Source: Glaucostegus cemiculus (lineage: Eukaryota). From it: 64,000 nt of DNA. The notes below the pieces were generated by a model. It saw only the letters and a list, made by a program, of their open reading frames with translations, did not search any database and had not been told where the DNA came from. The translations under genes and the position numbers were made by a program. Location of the stretch: the NCBI GenBank assembly GCA_976551045.1, contig CDPCPM010000011.1:2170001-2234000 (forward strand). Reading direction: 5' to 3'. How positions within the stretch are numbered: position 1 is the stretch's first letter; the number at the start of each line of letters is the position of its first letter. Below, piece by piece: positions 1 through 12,250 of this stretch.

Positions 1-1087
1 TTCCTATTTCCACTCCTATTCCCCAACACAGATTTTATTTCAAGCAGATTATCTCCAGTTTCAGCACTGTACATTCAAAATCCAGTTTCCAATTTCAATC
101 AAATGAAACAGGACATGTACATTGGATACTTGATAGTTTCAGATCTGCCCATGGTGAGTTATTAGTTAAAGATATCATGATGTACATTGAATTCTGAAAT
201 GCTATGTCAGCACCATTTGTTGGACTCCAGCCATACATACTGCTGCTCCACCTGTACACTACAATAGTGGATGGCCCATTCAACTCGCAGCACTGGATGT
301 CATTGGCTGAATTGATGGAGCTGCTTCACTTTATTTTGGCCTTTATTGTGTTAAGGTAAGGTTTAAATATACCTAATTTATTGCTTTTCTTTTGGCAGAC
401 AAAGTAACCAATAGACTGAACAGGGCGTAGAGCAAGGTCCATCTCAAGAGTTAGAAGCTGCTCAGGAGTTAGATGTACAGCCATAAATGACAACTGGGAT
501 TTGGGAGTTTCCAACTCCACTCAATTTTCAAATGCCGGTATGCAAGCTATCCTTCTACACTTATACAACATCTCATATTTATAGATTTTGTTGAGAATGG
601 GGTAGGGAACATTGTCAAATAAGAGACAGAAACAAATTAAGACAAGGAGAGGGAAAGTGGAGAGAGTGACTGAAACAAGAAGACTGTTAGGACCAGCTAG
701 TTTGGAGTCCAAGGAGTGAGGCAAGATTTTGAAATTTTGGAGAAGGTCATGCAGGCAAAATAAAATCACAGGAACAAAGTATTATGCCTCATAATACAAT
801 TGTTTTAAATTAAATTTAATAAAGAGTATGTGGTGTAAATATTTATTGGAATCTCCACAAAGATCAATGAAAAATAATTAAGTGCTTGTGTTCAGGAAGT
901 GTATTGCTTTGTCTGTCAATGAATATGTAACTTATCCAACTGGCAGCAGAGCTTTCTGGTCTGAAGATATTACTTCACTATTGCTGAATTCTTGATCTTC
1001 AGCTCTTCCTGGAAGGTCCAGGACTTTTATTTTTTAAACAAAGAGTCAGTGTTGTGCTCCTGGGCATTAACTCTGAACAGAAAAAAC

Positions 1088-1160
1088 TAAGCATAGGAAC
1101 AGGAGTGGGCCATTTTGCCCCTTAAGCCTCTCCGCCATTCAACAAGATCATGGCTGACCT
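1088..1160 (-). mobile_element. CR1 LINE 3' tail fragment
   Basis: The reverse complement reads aggtcagccatgatcttgttgaatggcgg...aatggcccactcctgttcctatg, like the CR1 tail at 6330-6400. Confidence 0.65.
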
Positions 1161-3134
1161 GGCAAGGATCTTGAGATGCTTTCAGAGAAGGGGCCGGGGT
1201 TAGTTCATAGGGATGGATAACAGTGAGATGAAGAAGGTGGGTTTTGAGCATGTATTTGAGCCACAATGTGTAAGTGGGTTTAGGCTGAGTTTTCTAGCTC
1301 TCCTTGACTCTCTAGCATCACCTCAGTAATGGGTCGATAAGGGAAAGTGGAGTTAAACTAAAGGCATTGAAGACACGGGTCAAAACAAAGTAGCAGTTAC
1401 CGGTGACGCTAAAGATCTCGGATGATGAGAAAAAAAAACTCAAGAGAGGCAACTGCCCTGCTGCCTGCAAGTTGACACCCTAATGGGTAATATAGAAGTT
1501 TCACTCATAAGAAGTCAAAAAAATGAGACTTATCAGCAGGAGCTCCAAGCTGGAAGAGACTATGGAGCTTTGTTAGGGATGAAGACCTGATAGATATGTG
1601 AACAAGAGCAAGGGATTTGAAATCAATGCATTGTAAGGTGGGGAATGTAGAGGTCAGCAAGGGTGGAAGAAGAATTGAGCAACACATGTTATGCTGTGGA
1701 TTCCTAAATATATCTGGCAGGGAGCAGCAGAACTTGGGAGATCACCAGAAAGTTAAACCCTGCTTAAGCAGTGCAGTCAGACCAAAGTTGACAATGAATA
1801 GAGGCAGCTTAGGAGAGAGAAAGAAGATGCAGTTTTAAAACATACCTTAAACATGAAGTTGTGCATGCTTGGGCTTAGCTTTGAGGAAGTAAATCAAACC
1901 AGGAATGGATGTAACTGATAGCCAGTCAAACAGCATGTTTCTGAACATTGGGTTAAGGATAGAGCATTGACTGGTTACAAAGTGAGGTTAAGGCTGAAAA
2001 TAGCCAAAGGAATGAACCTTGGTTCATCTTGAAGTGGTTAAGCTTTACTAAGAAGTGTGCATCAGTAGTGTTTCTTCTTTTTCTTGGATTTATCTGTGTG
2101 ATGACCTCCCCTAGTGGGTCAGTACAAACGTAACTCTGCACTGACCTCGTTTTTCCTCTTTCTCACCAAAGGCTCCATTTCTTCTTTTTCTTATTCATTT
2201 TCAAATTATTTCTATTAAGTCACAGCCTTGCAGCCATCACTTAAAATATCCTGCAATTGTCCCGCACAATCCTAACCCTTTTCCTATGTTGCCAACTGAC
2301 CCAATTTCACCTTTCTGTCAGTATCGCTCTACTTGTAATATTTACTGCTGTTTGTTTCTGGTAATTTAGTTTAATTGCACTTTGAACAGCTGGTTTTGGT
2401 ATTTATCCCTCTTTATTTGCTGTCAACTGCTATAATTCAGGCCCTCTAACAATTTGCTTTATTCATGTTCACAGTGACTATATTTTCCACAGATAAAGCT
2501 ATGTTTCCCATGACAGGAGACCTGCAATTTAAATGATGCATTGAATGGGAGTAGGGGTGCTCTGGGTTAACAATCATTTCTTTTTAAGTTGTGTGTTACA
2601 CTGCAGATTTCTTTGACAAGTGGAAAGAAATAATCAATTATTAGAAATAAGATTATGAAATAAATTTATACATTGTCAAAACAATCCGGCAAATGTTGAT
2701 GACCAGCAAAAGATATGAAAGCTGTTGATGCCTATCAGCATTCTTATGAGGAACACCGTTGTTCCTCAGAGATCGATCTCAGCTCTGTGACCTGGAAAGC
2801 CATGGGTAAACAGATCAAACTGAGGAAGCCCAAGCTACAGCCCAGATGCACCCTCATAGCCTTTGAAGTACAGCGTTGTTTCTTTGAAGAAGCTTCCAGT
2901 TCTTTCTCAGCAGGCCATTAATTATTATATTAAATTACTTCTATCTCCAAGCCAAGGGAGATATGAATCACAGTCCCAATTGCTCTCTGTGATATACTAA
3001 TAAGATGAACTTAAACCAAACTCCTTTGCATTTTCCATTGGGACCATCTCCCAGTTAATTGGTTGTGACAACTCTGGGACTTCCACTACTCCTCACACTT
3101 GCTCAAGATGCTGGCATTAGATGGAGAATCTTGT

Positions 3135-3260
3135 CTCTGATGAAAGGTCATTGACCTGACGCATTGGCTCGATTGCCCCCTCTACAGATGCTGTCTGATC
3201 TGCCGAGCATTTCCGGCACCATCCGATTTAATTTCTCTTTTCCAGCTTCTGCAGTATTTT
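3135..3260 (+). mobile_element. Penelope-like element terminal-repeat fragment
   Basis: ctgatgaaaggtcattgacctga...acagatgctgtctgatctgccgagcatttcc; same motif as the end of the Penelope remnant at 21330-21450. Confidence 0.6.
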
Positions 3261-4622
3261 CCTTATGCTGCCTTGAGCTTATTAGGTTTTGTTCACAAGG
3301 AGCCAAAGAAAAATATACCGTTTTCCCCCACCCCCATCCCTGTACCAAACAGCTATTCTCCACGGTATTGTCTACTGCTGTACCCTCAGGCTCACAAACA
3401 AAGTGGATCTTTTTAAATTGAAGCACAGATAGTTACATCCGAAGTACATTAGCCCAGCCTAAAGTTCAAATGGAAACATGGAGACAGATGTTTTAAGATA
3501 TTATGCAGGACAAAGACTTGTGTCAGGTTTTTAAGTCCTTCGAGGTCAGTCTCAAGATAGTTACAGATGAGGAAAACAATTCAACCCATCCACACTGATT
3601 GATCAAGAGAAATGCTAAAGTTCTCCTAATGTAATTCTATGTAGCTTTCACATTTCTTTACCACTGTCACCCTCTCTGGAGATTTGCTGCTTATATTGGT
3701 CACTCTTTATGTAAAGAATCCTTGATTTGCCCTCCATTTTCTTTTTATCAGTTACAGTCTTTCCCTACTCGGAAGTTAAATTGAATTATTCCAGGTTTCC
3801 TTTTTCTGTTCCCTTCACTACTTTGCGATAAAGTACCAGCCCAATGAAGTCATCATTCTTCAGTTCTGGTTAACACTCTAGTATTAGCCTTACCCCTTGT
3901 CCTCCCTTCTCTGCCTGAACATCCCCCAAGAATTAATTGGTCTGGACAGGACATGATATCAAAGCTGTAGGTCTGGAATTCATCTGCATAAGTTCATGAG
4001 AAGTTACTTTTGAGGGAAAACTTCTATTAAATAAACTCAGAAAATCAAGGATTGACTGCTCAGTTCTCAAGCTCCATATTGTTCTAATGGGCTAACACAC
4101 AGAACCAACCAGACATGCATGATGACATTCAACAGCCTATGACTGGTGTCTGGTCACCAGTACCACAATTCACTGTTGTGCATGTGACCTCTGAAATGGT
4201 GCTGGCCACTCATATGCAGGCTTGCTTCATCGTAAGTTAGAGGAGACTTGCCTGAGCAGGTCCCAGACCATGGTTTCTGGCACTGGGAACTAACTTCAGA
4301 CTGCTGCGCTTTAATTTATCCTTTGTAGCAACTTCCCTTGCAGTTGCAACCTGTAATACTTGGGGCTTCATTTGCAGTGGTATTTTGCAGTGGCAGGTAA
4401 TAGGAGAAAAGATTCATTGGCCTGAGATATTATCATCCCCTTCCCACTGTAACACAATAACACAATTGTTTCAGGTAAACCAGAATTTCTTGGCTGTGGT
4501 CTGACCAGGGTAGAAAGCTCAATCGTGACTTCCCTTGGATTGTATTCTCCCACTTATCTAGTTCCACATTTTATCACGTGTGTTAATTGCTGAAGGGCTT
4601 TGATCGTCATATTTAACATCAA

Positions 4623-4719
4623 TTCTAAAATATTTGGTGGCCCTTGGGCTCCCTGTGTTGGTGATAATGTCTCTTTAAAATGGTTGAATCAATATGCCAA
4701 AACTGCATATAGTAAATAA
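4623..4719 (+). repeat. 97-bp direct repeat, copy 1
   Basis: Matches 7505-7601 with 4 substitutions and no indels. Confidence 0.95.
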
Positions 4720-5009
4720 ATTGATGTCACCTGTTTTTCTTTCCAATGCATTGTACTTCATATCCATATGCATTAAATTTCACTGATATTCCTTTGCCAG
4801 TACTTGTATTTTTTCCAGCGATTGAAGAACTTGGGAACCACCTCTTCTGGCTCCACTGGCCTCCTTCTTTGGAATCATTTGCAATTCTTGGTTACCCTGC
4901 CCTGATATCCCAAATCCAAAGTGAAACAGCAGTGATCATACAGAGCTGCACATTTATAAAGTTCCCCAGCTTTTGATGAAAATTATCCCACAAAAATAAT
5001 CAAAAGGAG

Positions 5010-6410
5010 GGCATGTTGTGACAACGATATTAGGTCTCTGCAACCGGATACAGATAGCTTGAGTGGATGGGTGAAAGCTCAGCAAATGGAGCTTAGTGTG
5101 GGGAAATGTGAGGTTATGAGCTTCAGTAACAGGAATCTAAAGGCAGATTATAAACCAGATGGAGAAATATTGCCAATGAGCAAAGTATAGAGGGATCTAG
5201 AGGTTCTTGTGTACAAATTGCAAAAAAGTTAACTGGCAGGTACAAGTGTTTGGGAAGGCAAACACCACACTGGTCTTTTTGCAAGAGGGTTGGAGTTTAG
5301 AAATAGACAAGTATTGTTACTGGGCACAACCAGTACCTAACCAGTAGTGTGTGAAGTTTTGGTCCCTTATTGAATAAAGTATGTACTGGAATTAGAGGCA
5401 GTACAAAATAGCCTTATTCCTGGGATGATAGGAATTTTCAAAGATAAACAGCTAAGGATATTAGATCTATATTCTTAGCAGTTTAAAAGAATGAGGAGGG
5501 ATTTTCTTGAAGCACACAAGATTCTAAGAGGTCATGACAGGATAAATGAAGAGATATTTCCACTAGAGGGTGAATCTTGAATGGGGGGGGGGACATAGTT
5601 ATAAGATTGGGGGCAGATATTTAAGACTGAAGTGAGTAGGATCTTCTTCTTGCAGAGGTTGGTGAATTTGTGGAATTCTTTACCCTAGAGAGTTGTGGAG
5701 GCTAGATCATTTGGAATATTGTGTGCAGTTTTAGGCCCCTTAGGACGTTGGAGAGGGTTCAGAAAAAATTTACGAGGATGATTCCTGGAATGAAAGGGCT
5801 TACATATGAGGAGCATTTGTCGGCTCTTGGACTGTACTCACTGGAGTACAGAAGAATGAGAGGGGACCTCACAGAAACATTTTGAATGGTGAAAGGACTG
5901 GACAGAGTAGATGTGGTCAAGCTGTTTCCCTGTTGGGTGAGTCCAGGACTAGAGGGCACAGTCTTGGAATTAGAGGGTACCTGTTTAAAACAGAAATGAG
6001 GAGAAATTTCTTTAGCCAGAGGGTAGTGAAATTATGGAATTCTTTGCCACATACAGCAGTGGAGGTCCGATCACTGGGGATGTTAAAGGAGGAGATTGAT
6101 AGGTATCTAATTAGTCAGGGTATCAAGGGATATGGGGGAAATGCCAGAAATTGGGGCTAGACAGGAATAATTTAGTTTAGCTCATGGAGCAGACTCAATG
6201 GGCTGAATGGCCTACTTCTGCTCCTTTATCTTGTGATCTTGTGATCATTGTGGGTGATAAATGTTTAGAAGCCCAGGGAAGTCAGGGCTATGGGAAGCGG
6301 GCACAGAGGAGGAGATGAGGCTTGGGGCAGTTCAGCCATGATCATGGTGAATGGTGTAGAATGAAGGGCAAAAGGGCCAACTCCTGATCTTTATTCTTGC
6401 ATCGTGTTCT
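5010..6410 (+). mobile_element. Older CR1 LINE 3' part, interrupted by a younger CR1
   Basis: Decayed RT C-terminal motifs (gggaaatgtgaggttatg, agagggatctagaggttcttgt, ggtgaatttgtggaattct). The element resumes at about 6247 with the cagccatgatcatggtgaatgg tail. Confidence 0.8.
5712..6246 (+). mobile_element. Younger 5'-truncated CR1 LINE nested in the older CR1
   Basis: ORF 5882..6160 reads ESRTRGHSLGIRGYLFKTEMRRNFFSQRVVKLWNSLP, a CR1 ORF2 C-terminus. Tail ends in (tcttgtga)2. Confidence 0.9.
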
Positions 6411-6504
6411 AAACATCACCTGCACTGATCCTGTTACTTCAAACAACTTTTAAGTTCACCCGCATTATTTTCTACAGTTGCGTCAGAAGTCTTCTGAATA
6501 TTAA

Positions 6505-6805
6505 ATGATAAGATAAGACATCTTTATTCGTCACGTGTACATCAAAACACACAGTGAAATGCATCATCTTACGTAGAGCGTTCTGGGGGCGGCCCACAAG
6601 TGTTGCCACGCTTCCGGCGCCAACATAGCATGCCCACAGCTTCCTAACCAATACGTCTTTGGAATGTGGGAGGAAACTGGAGCACCCGGAGGAAACGCAC
6701 GCAGACACAAGGAGAACGTACAAACTCCTTACAAACAGCAGCTGGAATTGAACCTGGGTCACTGGCACCGTAAAGCATTATGCTGACCACTACACTACCG
6801 TACCT
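6505..6805 (-). mobile_element. tRNA-derived V-SINE (Rex1/Babar-type tail)
   Basis: The reverse complement has A box TAGTGTAGTGG, B box GGTTCAATTCC, the core gtttcctccgggtgctccagtttcctcccacattccaaagac, and a (tctta)n tail. Confidence 0.85.
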
Positions 6806-7082
6806 GCACAATGACAATGCAGGGAAACACTAACATAAAATTTTGTAACATTAAATGATCTTATCTGCTTCAATAAAATCCCTCCTCATTCTTCAAAACT
6901 CCAAAGAACAGAGATCTAATTTCTTTAATTGTTTGTGTTTAAACAAAATTATTATCCCAAGAACCAATCTCATTTGGACTGCCTTCAATTCTTTTGTGTT
7001 CTTTTATTAAGGGACAAATACTGTGCCCAGTAATGACCTCACCAATACCCTGTAATAATACTTCTCTATTTTTAAATATATA

Positions 7083-7302
7083 CATGTCCACCCCAGCTTA
7101 TGAACACCTGACATACGTACAGCCCATACATATGAACAAGTATATAGGAGATCAGTGGGCCGGATTTGTTGGCTACCCCGGGGCTGCAGGCATCTTTTGC
7201 CACGTGGGAACTCAGTTTGCAGTCACATTTTTGACTTGCGAACTGCTCAGGTTAGGAACAGTTCACAGGGACGGAACCTTGTCATAACCAGGGGAGGACC
7301 TG
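7083..7302. mobile_element. Non-autonomous Tc1/mariner (Tigger/pogo-like) MITE
   Basis: Imperfect TIRs: left catgtccaccccagcttatgaaca versus reverse complement of the right end caggtcctcccctggttatgaca. TA precedes the left end. Confidence 0.6.
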
Positions 7303-7504
7303 CGCCCTGAAAACGATGATTATTGGCATTTCACCATCACCCAAAACTAAAGTTGCTTTTGAGGCTTGTTTGCGCTCTTCGTGTAATTGAGTAAAGGATG
7401 TTCACCCATTCTGGTACAATGTACAGGAATTAAGCTCATCTTCCTGCTGAAATGCCTGTGTGATCAAGGTCAAAGCAGGTCCCACACTTTTAATTCATGC
7501 ATTT

Positions 7505-7601
7505 TTCTAAGATATTTGGTGGCCCTTGGGCTCCTTATGTTGGTGATAATGTCTCTTTAAAATGGTTGAATCAATATGCCAAAACCGCATATAGTAAATA
7601 A
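7505..7601 (+). repeat. 97-bp direct repeat, copy 2
   Basis: Matches 4623-4719 with 4 substitutions and no indels. Confidence 0.95.
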
Positions 7602-9229
7602 GGATTGCTGAACAAAATTTACTAGAAAATTTTATAGGAATGCGAATCCCTTTGCATTACCCTTTTGTGGTTTTATTATTAAGCACTTGGTTGTACTGCT
7701 TGTTGTCAAATAAAAACTGCCAATTTCCCTCCTGTTAGGATTACCATGCATTTCCCTCTATCTGGACAGCATAGCTTTTGATTTCCATATAAAAACAAGA
7801 AAGAGGAATATAAAACTTTTTTTTTAGGAACAGGCAAAGCTCAATAGCCTCCAACACAACCTTTCTCATAGATCAAACTATCCTTGGGTGAGGTTTGGGA
7901 TGAAGGTCACCATCTCCTTCAGTATCTGGGTTGGACAATGATTGTGTCCTTGTGGCCTTAAGGCCTAGTTCTCAATAACATTTTCAAAACACCCCCATAA
8001 GCCGATTCTATTGATTCTCTAATCTATTCTAATATTTCAACACAGCTTCTTCTGCAGCTCTGTTTAACTCTTGGTAAACTGTCTATTTACCAGTAATCTT
8101 CCAGTTGTTAATTTGATTCCCTATGCCACAACCAATTTGTCTGGAATCAAAATCTAGAGATCCTTCTGAACTATCTTAAACTCATTAGAATTCTTTGAAA
8201 TTATTTTTCCAAGGTATTTGACTTAACTTTGCCTTACAACTTACATTTCTGATATCCATAATCTCATTTTTATTCTCCAGAAATTGTTAATGTTATAATT
8301 AGACAATTGAAGGCACAGGGTAGGACAAGATGCAAAATGGTTAGAAATGTTTTATATTGTGTTACATCACTGATGTCCAGTCCATGGAAGTCAATGGAGT
8401 TTATATGTTGGACTGAAGACCAATGCAGTTTACCTTCAGTCCAAATTACATAAATCTGTTGAAACCCTCAACAAATTAGCACCCTCGAGAGTTAGCCATT
8501 TTGCTGACCCAGTTGGATTCATGCAGAATAGGTGGTTCTCTGGTTCAATCCTTGACATGTGCTGAGCTGGCTGTTCTGTGGCTGGAGAATGAGGATGAAG
8601 TATCTGGGTTCTCTGATTACATTGTGAAGTGTTGAATAAACTCATGGGAGCTCCAACAAACAGAGCTCTTTATTCCAACAGCTCCTGAAGAATGATTCTG
8701 GAAGCTCCTACAAACAATAATGCAAACTAAAGCATAGTAAACCACCTGACAGAGTAGTTAAAGAGGCAGCAGTCCAAGAAAAACAATTAACCTTTTACAA
8801 CCGATTCTCCATCGTGTTCTAATGTGACATCCTCTACTAGTATATCATTTGAATCAACTCAGTTTGTCTCCAGTTGTCTGTATAAGTGCTTGCACCACAT
8901 CACCCATTCAATACCACCCTGCTTTCTGTTTTGGATGGAAATGCCATCCTTCCACCACTTCTCTCCTCTACTCTCCTCTCTATGTTTTACATCAGCAGGC
9001 TGCAATTTGTTCAGCTGTGTTTTAGGAATAAATGTCAACAACTTGCCACAGGAAAACTTTATCTTCAGAATCTGCTTTGGCTCTTTGTATGGGAGAATTC
9101 TGAGGGCACCTGTGCTGGGATTTTGATATGAATTATGAAACTCAGGATCAGGCTGCAACACATCCTAGCTTTGTAGTCTCAAATCTGCCATTACGGGGAT
9201 GGTTAAATTCAACCTGAAAATGTCCAACA

Positions 9230-11450
9230 AGGGCATAGGATCTGTTGCAAGTGTGAAGGGCCATCCTGGTAGGAATTTGTACCACTGAGTAATGCTGAAA
9301 GCAATAGCTAATCCCTCCTTTTTGGTCTAGGCATAATTCTTCTCAGATTCTGTCAATGTGTGAGAAATATACACCATAGGTTGTATGTGACACATATCCC
9401 CAACAAGAGTGATGACAGTTCCAACACCATAATTTCACACAAAGGTCTCAGTGCTCTTTGTGTGTCGCAGTAGACTGAGAATCATTCACTGCTAAGGTTC
9501 ACCTTACACTATAATAACCTTCTGTTGCTCTCCATCCCAGCACCTGGGTTCATCCTGACTCAATAAACAGTGGAGAGGTGTTAACATTGTAGCAAAGTTG
9601 TGTAGGAGCCTGGCATAGTGTTGTGGTATGCCAAGGAAGGCCCTGAGCTCCATGATGTTTTCCAATCTATGAGCATTTAAAATTGCTGACACCTTCTCTC
9701 TGAAAGGCCAGGTCTGTCCTCATCTGCCTTGATCCAAGGCACACCACTCCCTTTCGCAGAGAAAAATACTTTCTCCATTTTATGAAAATCAGGACCTGCT
9801 GAGTTTTTCCAGCACTTTTTGCTTCTCTTCCTCCATTTTAGTGAGATTATGCCTATGGAATATGTGGCAAACCTCCTTCAAATGTTCTTCCTCCATTGGT
9901 GTGGAAATCAACACCCATTCCTGATTGTAGTGACAATCCAGTTCGTGTTAGCTGGAAGATCTTAGGGGCTACAAAGCACTGGAGAAACTCAATGGGTCAG
10001 GCAGTGTTAATGGAAGGAAACTGACAGTCGACGTTTGGGGTCGTTTCTTTCCTGTGCAGTGATTTTGTGTAAGCATACAAGCCTTCATAGACTTTTGAAC
10101 CAAGCACAGGAATGGGAAAGGTTGAGCTTGCTGACAAAACATTGTTCCTGCTAGTCTGGGGTGAAGGCAGAAGATACTATTCCCTATGCAATGCTCTTTT
10201 TAGAGTGATCTCATAGTCACCAAAGAGATACCTTTTCAAATTAAAAACACTGTGATGCTGAGGATCTCATCAGGCCAGGCAGCATCTGTGGAGAAAAACA
10301 GGTGGTCAATGTTTCTGGTCAGGAATGAAATGTTGACTGCCTGCTTCTCTCCATGGATGCTGCCTGGCCTGCTGAGTTCCTCCAGCATCATCATGTTTTT
10401 CATCTAGATTCCAGCATCTGCAGTCCTTTGTTTCTCTGATGTCTTTTTAAACTTTGGAACAATGAGGATTAGTGTTGCCCATTTGCCCTGCTGCACCTTC
10501 ACCAGCACTCCTGACATTCCAACTTTTTTTGTTCTTCCTCTGTTTGGGTTCTGGTCTGGGTCAACAATCTGTCCATTTCTCATCCAAATGGATATGAATA
10601 TGGTACTTATGCCCCTGTAAGAATACTCAGATTGTAAGAGGTATGGCATCAGAATCCTGTGCTGTACTGAGACTACATGTCTATCCCCAGTTGAGTTTGA
10701 GTGTCTTCAGCCAGTCTCTGCTAAGTTTATCTATGGGTCCGGTCTGCCACAAATACTGAGTTTGACTTGCCGACCCTTATGAAGAATGGAGCGCTCCTGT
10801 GTCTTCAGCATTTCACCCTGGTATGTGTGTAATACCACATTGCTGCTGGTTAATCAAAGTTGCTGTAACTCTGACTCAACAGGTCTCACCTTTTAACTGC
10901 ACAACCTGCAACTGTGTCTATATATATTTCCAGATTCCAGTTACTTATTCTGATAGAGGTCCTGAAATGATTATTATTACTTTCCTGACACAATCCTGAG
11001 ACATAGATACTATATAAAGTCCATTCCTTGTGGTCTTCATTCATTTCAATATTATATTCCCTTCTATGATTGTCTCATGGATTTAATTCCTTGTCATCTG
11101 GATAAAGGTGGACTGTTACTATTGTGCTGAATGTATTTTATCTGTGTTTGCAAACCATATGTCCCGCTTTGTTATAATGAAAACAGCAAACTGTCCTGAA
11201 TGGATGCAATCGAAATGGATGTTTGCCCTGTTAATGATGACAGGATTTCCCTTCATTTACATCCACCTCAATGAAGAAGATGTCATCATAGCCACCTTCA
11301 TCAGCTAATGCACAGCATGTACATTCACATCTGCTCTTATGGTGAAGAGAAGTCCTTCACTTTCTTCAGTATCATTCCCTTAGGAAATGCAAACTTACAT
11401 GCCTCATCAAATGTGAATTCTTGTGTTTCTTTTGTTTGTTTATCTTCCAC
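9230..11450 (-). mobile_element. Decayed Gypsy LTR-retrotransposon internal region
   Basis: ORF 9504..9692 (AILNAHRLENIMELRAFLGIPQHYARLLHNFATMLTPLHCLLSQDEPRCW) resembles the RT connection region. ORF 10404..10649 (GVLVKVQQGKWATLILIVPK) resembles the RT start. Many stops and frameshifts. Confidence 0.7.
10243..10440. mobile_element. Inverted pair of Penelope terminal fragments (hairpin) inside the Gypsy remnant
   Basis: 10243-10315 is the imperfect reverse complement of 10327-10400. Contains gatgctgcctggcctgctgagttcctccagc. Confidence 0.8.
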
Positions 11451-11454
11451 CATT

Positions 11455-12250
11455 TTTTGAGATATCAGCATCACTGGCAAGGCCAGCAACTATTGCCATT
11501 TCCAATTAGCTTTAGAAGGTGTTAGTGAGCTGCTTTTTTGAACCACTGCAGTCTTTCTAGTGTAGATAAACCTACAATCCAGTTCCAGAACTTAGACCCA
11601 GCTGAAGGATCAGTGATATATTTTCAGGAGTGTGCCCTGGAGAACATGCAAACAGTGGTGTTTCCATGCTCATCTTGGTGGCTGAGGTTGCAAATTTCTG
11701 AAGTGCCATCAGAGTAACCTAAGGATGTAGTTGTTGTTCATGTTAAAGGCTGTACACTCACCACCTGGTGGTGGAGGCAGTGAAGGTTTAGGTTGGTAGA
11801 TGGAATGCCAATCAAGAGAGCTGCTTTCTCCTGATGCAATTAAGCACCTTGACTGTTGTTGGATCTGTACACATCCAGGCAGCTAGAGAAGATGACATCG
11901 TGATTTTGATTAATGCATTGTAAATATAGAAAAGATTTGGAGTGTCAGGTGGGGAGCCACTTACCACGAGATAGTCAACTCTGACCTGCTCTTGGATTCA
12001 CAATATTTACATGGCAGGAAAAATTGAGTTTCTTGTCAATATTGATCCTCAGGATGTTGACAGTGGGGTCTCTGTGTTGGTAATATCACTGAATATCAAG
12101 GGTTGGTAGTTGAACACTCTCTTGGTAGAGATGGTCACTACTTGGCACTTTTGTGGCTACAATGCTATTTATCACTTATCAGTTCATACTTGAATGTTGT
12201 CCAGATCTTGCTGCACATAGATTTAGACTGCTTCATTTGCCGAAGAGTTA
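11455..12250 (-). mobile_element. Old CR1/L2-superfamily LINE 3' fragment
   Basis: Begins catcactggcaaggccagca...ttgcc, a 3' end also seen at 32945-33000. Aligns by eye with 25560-25980. Confidence 0.6.

Noticed and set aside
4623-7601. LTR pair of a retrotransposon
   Set aside because: There are no TG...CA ends, PBS, PPT or gag/pol remnants between the copies.
7960-8280. L1/Tx1-like RT fragment on the minus strand (KYLG motif)
   Set aside because: A single short motif in heavily decayed sequence is too weak to call.
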